NCBI GenBank assembly: GCA_040954595.2
Contig: CM082583.2
Span: 2,056,925-2,120,924 of the forward strand
Direction of reading: 5' to 3'
DNA: 64,000 bases
DNA from: Balanoglossus misakiensis
Taxonomy: Eukaryota > Animalia > Hemichordata
Shown here: positions 60,658 through 64,000 of the stretch, in pieces
How the letters are laid out: the number at the start of each line of letters is the position of its first letter
How positions within the stretch are numbered: position 1 is the first letter of the stretch
Program-made: the position numbers and the translations under genes
Notes under the pieces: model-generated
The model's database searches: none
Seen by the model: the letters and a program-made list of their open reading frames with translations, nothing else
Told to the model about the DNA's origin: nothing

Positions 60658-62385
60658 TTACGGGCCCAAGCCAAGCCAGGCTTGGGCCCGTATTGGTTTC
60701 GTTGGGGTTTTTCTTTCTTTCTTTCTTTCTTTCTTTATTCTTGGTTCACTTCTTTCGCGCTCTAGATCTCAGACACCGCTGCAGGTACAGTTCTCAAACT
60801 TGCTACAGTGGTCAAGGTCAATGAGTAGATGTGCAGTGACTTGTGAATACTTAATTAGTCACGTGACATGGCGGCCATATTGGATTTTCTGAAAAAATGC
60901 AAATCTCAGATCTCAGAAACTACAAGTCAGATCGACTTCAGATTTGGTGTGCTGGTAGTATACCCTCTGCCCATCATTTTTGTAATTGGATATTTTGCTG
61001 TCAATGTTGCAGTTTTTTTGCTACAGTTGTTTTTCTGAAATCTGGTCAAAATTTCAAAAATCTTCTTCTCCAGAACCGGCGATAACCGAGTCACGCCGTT
61101 TGGGGTATGTGGTCACCTAACTGATGTCTATCAAGTTTGCGAAGATCATTGTGATTGGTCGAAGATTATGGCGGCCATATTGGATTTTCGAAAAACCATA
61201 GTAAAACTTCAAAAATCTTCTTCTCCAGAACGGGCGATAACCGAGTCACAAGATTTGGTGTGTGTGGTCATTAAACAGATGTCTATCAAGTTTGCGAAGG
61301 GGAATGTGATTGGTCGAAGATTATGGCGGCCATATTGGATTTTGTGAAAAACGATTAAAAAGTAAAAATTCCTTTTCTAGCCCAAAAATTGATAGCACAG
61401 AAATTCTTTTTATGGATATGAATCATCATATGACAAGAATAACCTATAAATATTTTGGTAATTTTGGCAATGACCTTTGACCTACTTTTGACGCATCATT
61501 TTTCTGCATATCTAATTCCAGGCTAACCAATAGGGCTATAAGTTTGGTTTTTGATGTATGTGGATTTGTATGTGATCAAAAAATTTTGCTACTTTTCATG
61601 ACCCCTTTGACCTCTGCTGACCTCATTAAATATGCATATACCTAATTACAGATGAACCAATAGACCTAGAGGTTTTGTTTTTGTTATACATGGACCAGTA
61701 TGGGGTCAAAATATTTTGCCCAAATGTTGGGTGACCTCGGGTGACCTTTGACCTACTTTTGCATATCTCGACATCCACACCAGATACAGCCTTGGCGTTT
61801 GGAGGTATGGGGCCATAATGAAAAGCCAAAGTTTTGGGTTACCTGTGACACCTGCTTTACTCATTATTTATGTGCATACCTAATTCCGGGCTAACCAAAA
61901 TGGCTAGAGGTCTGGTTTTTGTTGGACATGGACCACTATGGGTCAAAATTTTCTGCCAAAATTTTGGGTGACCTCAGATGACCTTTGACCTACTTTTGCA
62001 TATCTCGGCATCCAAAGCAGGTACAGCGTTGGCATTTGGAGGTATGGGGCCATAATGAAAAGCCAAAGTTTTGTGTCACCTGTGACACCTGCTTTACTCA
62101 TTATTTATGTGCATACCTAATTCCGGGCTAACCAAAAGGGCTAGAGATCTGGTTTTTGTTGGACATAGACCACTATGGGTCAAAATATTCTGCCCAAATA
62201 ATTGGTGACCTCTGGGTGACCTTTGACCTACTTAATACTATGTCAACACCAAACCTAGATATAACCTTGATATTTCATGGGATAAAACACAGCATTATGT
62301 TTCTACTCATTAATTATGTGCATATCTAATAATCAGATCAGATAATAGTGCTTGGGCCCGGACAATGCTGCTTGCAGCTTTAATT
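60658..62385 (+). mobile_element. Helentron-associated non-autonomous element (HINE)
   Basis: 5' subterminal IR GGGCCCAAGC..GCTTGGGCCC, (CTTT)n, internal ~148-bp and ~238-bp tandem repeats, 3' GCTTGGGCCC plus hairpin GCTGCTTGCAGC; sits in a (GTT)n run. Confidence 0.85.
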
Positions 62386-63789
62386 GTTGTTGTTGTTGTT
62401 TACAATTAATTACAAAACAGCTGCAGCATGAATCGCTATGAAATTGATGAGTCGTATGCCCATGGCTGTTAGTATAAATAATTAAAACAAAATGTCGAAT
62501 CGTTAAATTTATTGTGGTACTAAATGGATTTGCATGACATGCCAATTTTGTAAATGTTCATGATGGAACTCGTATGTGTTCTTGGTCAAATTCGCGACGC
62601 ACAATTCTCTGGAGGTTTTTTTTTACACAGAAGAAATGAACAACACCACGTGTAGAGGGCGCCATGTGTTGGAGAAGCAGTGACTAGTGCGTTCTAGTCA
62701 GTTGTTGCCGTGTTACCGCATGGGGTGTAATCTCAAGCCAGATTCTGAATAACGCATGATTTTCGATTGGCGGTACGTAGCTTTGGTAAACGATGGTTAA
62801 TAGCAGAAATGCTGCATTGTTATGACAACAGACCAGTACAAGGAATACCCCGGAACTGTTTTCTGTTTAATCTAGGTGGGAATAATATGGCAGACGTTTC
62901 ACATAATACCCATCGTTTTATTTCATTGTCACTAGTTTTTGTTATGTTCCATTTCCTAAAACAACATCATTGCGTGTGAAGTTGTAAGAGGAAATTGCTA
63001 ATTATACATTGGATTGTGAAAGTGTTAAACCAAAACGTGCAAGGAGACGCCATTACAAGTGCCTCATCTCACTAGCCATTATAATTAACCATACGAATAT
63101 CAGGATGGTAATCCTTGCAATAGTAGTGGTCGCGTTCGTCACATCGTTGGAAAGAGCAGTATTGAACCAGGCTTGAAAATGTCACTTTTCGGCCTGTTGG
63201 ACCCCAATACAAACCGTTGGCAAGGCGGTCCGGACACTTTAATATTAAAAATACAACGCCATATTAAGGTATAGGATGCTATGCAGGAATTGAGATCTCT
63301 TTATTAATAATGGAACTCAATACGTATTGACTTGTATTTTATAACGCTATTATTCGTCACGTAAACCTACCATGTTTAAAAAAATACAACTTACGTTTTA
63401 GGGGAGTTTTTAAGCATACTAAACGTTAATTGGATTTCTCAAACAATTTAACAGCTTATATCATGTCGATTAATGCAAAGTACACTGTTGTTAACTTCTT
63501 GAAGACAGAGAGGGATGTTAAAGATACGACATACACAAATCGTTTACTTACATCAACTGAACTACATATGACATGTAAGATATCGTCCTCATAAAATTCT
63601 AATGTACATTCTAAACACTCCTCGCTTCTTTCTTCTTCTAACAAGTGTCCCTGAAATGAAAAATGCTACTCCTTATAGCATTATTTTTAAGTTCATGTTA
63701 TTTTCGATAAACGATAACAACATTCAGTTACTAGACAGAGTCAGATGATATCCACACACTCTGATCGAGGCGACCAACAAGCACTCACC

Positions 63790-64000
63790 GACGGACGGAC
63801 ATACAGACAAGACAGACAGGCAGAGTGAGAGACAGACAGACAGGCAGGCAGAGTGACAGACAGACAGGCAGAGTGACAGACAGACAGGCGGACAGGCAGG
63901 CAGGCAGAGTGACAGAAAGACAGACAGACAGGCAGAGTGACAGACAGACAAACAGACAGACAGGCAGAGTGACAGACAGACAGACAGACAGACAGACAGA
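63790..64000. repeat. (GACA)n/(GGCA) compound microsatellite, runs off the window
   Basis: Direct inspection. Confidence 0.95.

Overview
Eukaryotic, AT-rich, repeat-dense animal DNA that looks like a marine invertebrate; the species cannot be fixed from sequence alone. I found no intact host protein gene. (1) A small 5S rRNA locus (16.2-35.4 kb, minus strand) has six full 5S genes and five 5S 5' fragments. It was invaded by a 5'-truncated L1/Tx1 LINE that starts inside a 5S gene. The LINE's 3' part plus 5S was then amplified into a ~1.915-kb chimeric tandem array with a dimeric higher-order pattern. The same LINE carries nested insertions: a 4.2-kb Academ-type element with ~1.5-kb TIRs, and a MITE that itself hosts a second Tx1 LINE with an apparent 3' transduction. 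(2) An internally deleted Ngaro/DIRS-type element has split direct repeats and a 13-6-13 palindromic junction. (3) An RTE-X-like LINE is present. (4) A multi-exon, disabled VWA7-like gene has a C-terminal TM exon, followed by exon 1 of a paralogue. (5) A non-autonomous BEL/Pao LTR element has an open 314-aa ORF that fuses a Gag N-terminus to a degenerate Mox/Meox-like homeodomain; this is the most striking signal. (6) The rest is MITEs, Helentron-type (HINE) elements, palindromes and long direct or inverted repeats. All family assignments come from motif recognition by eye; no searches were run.
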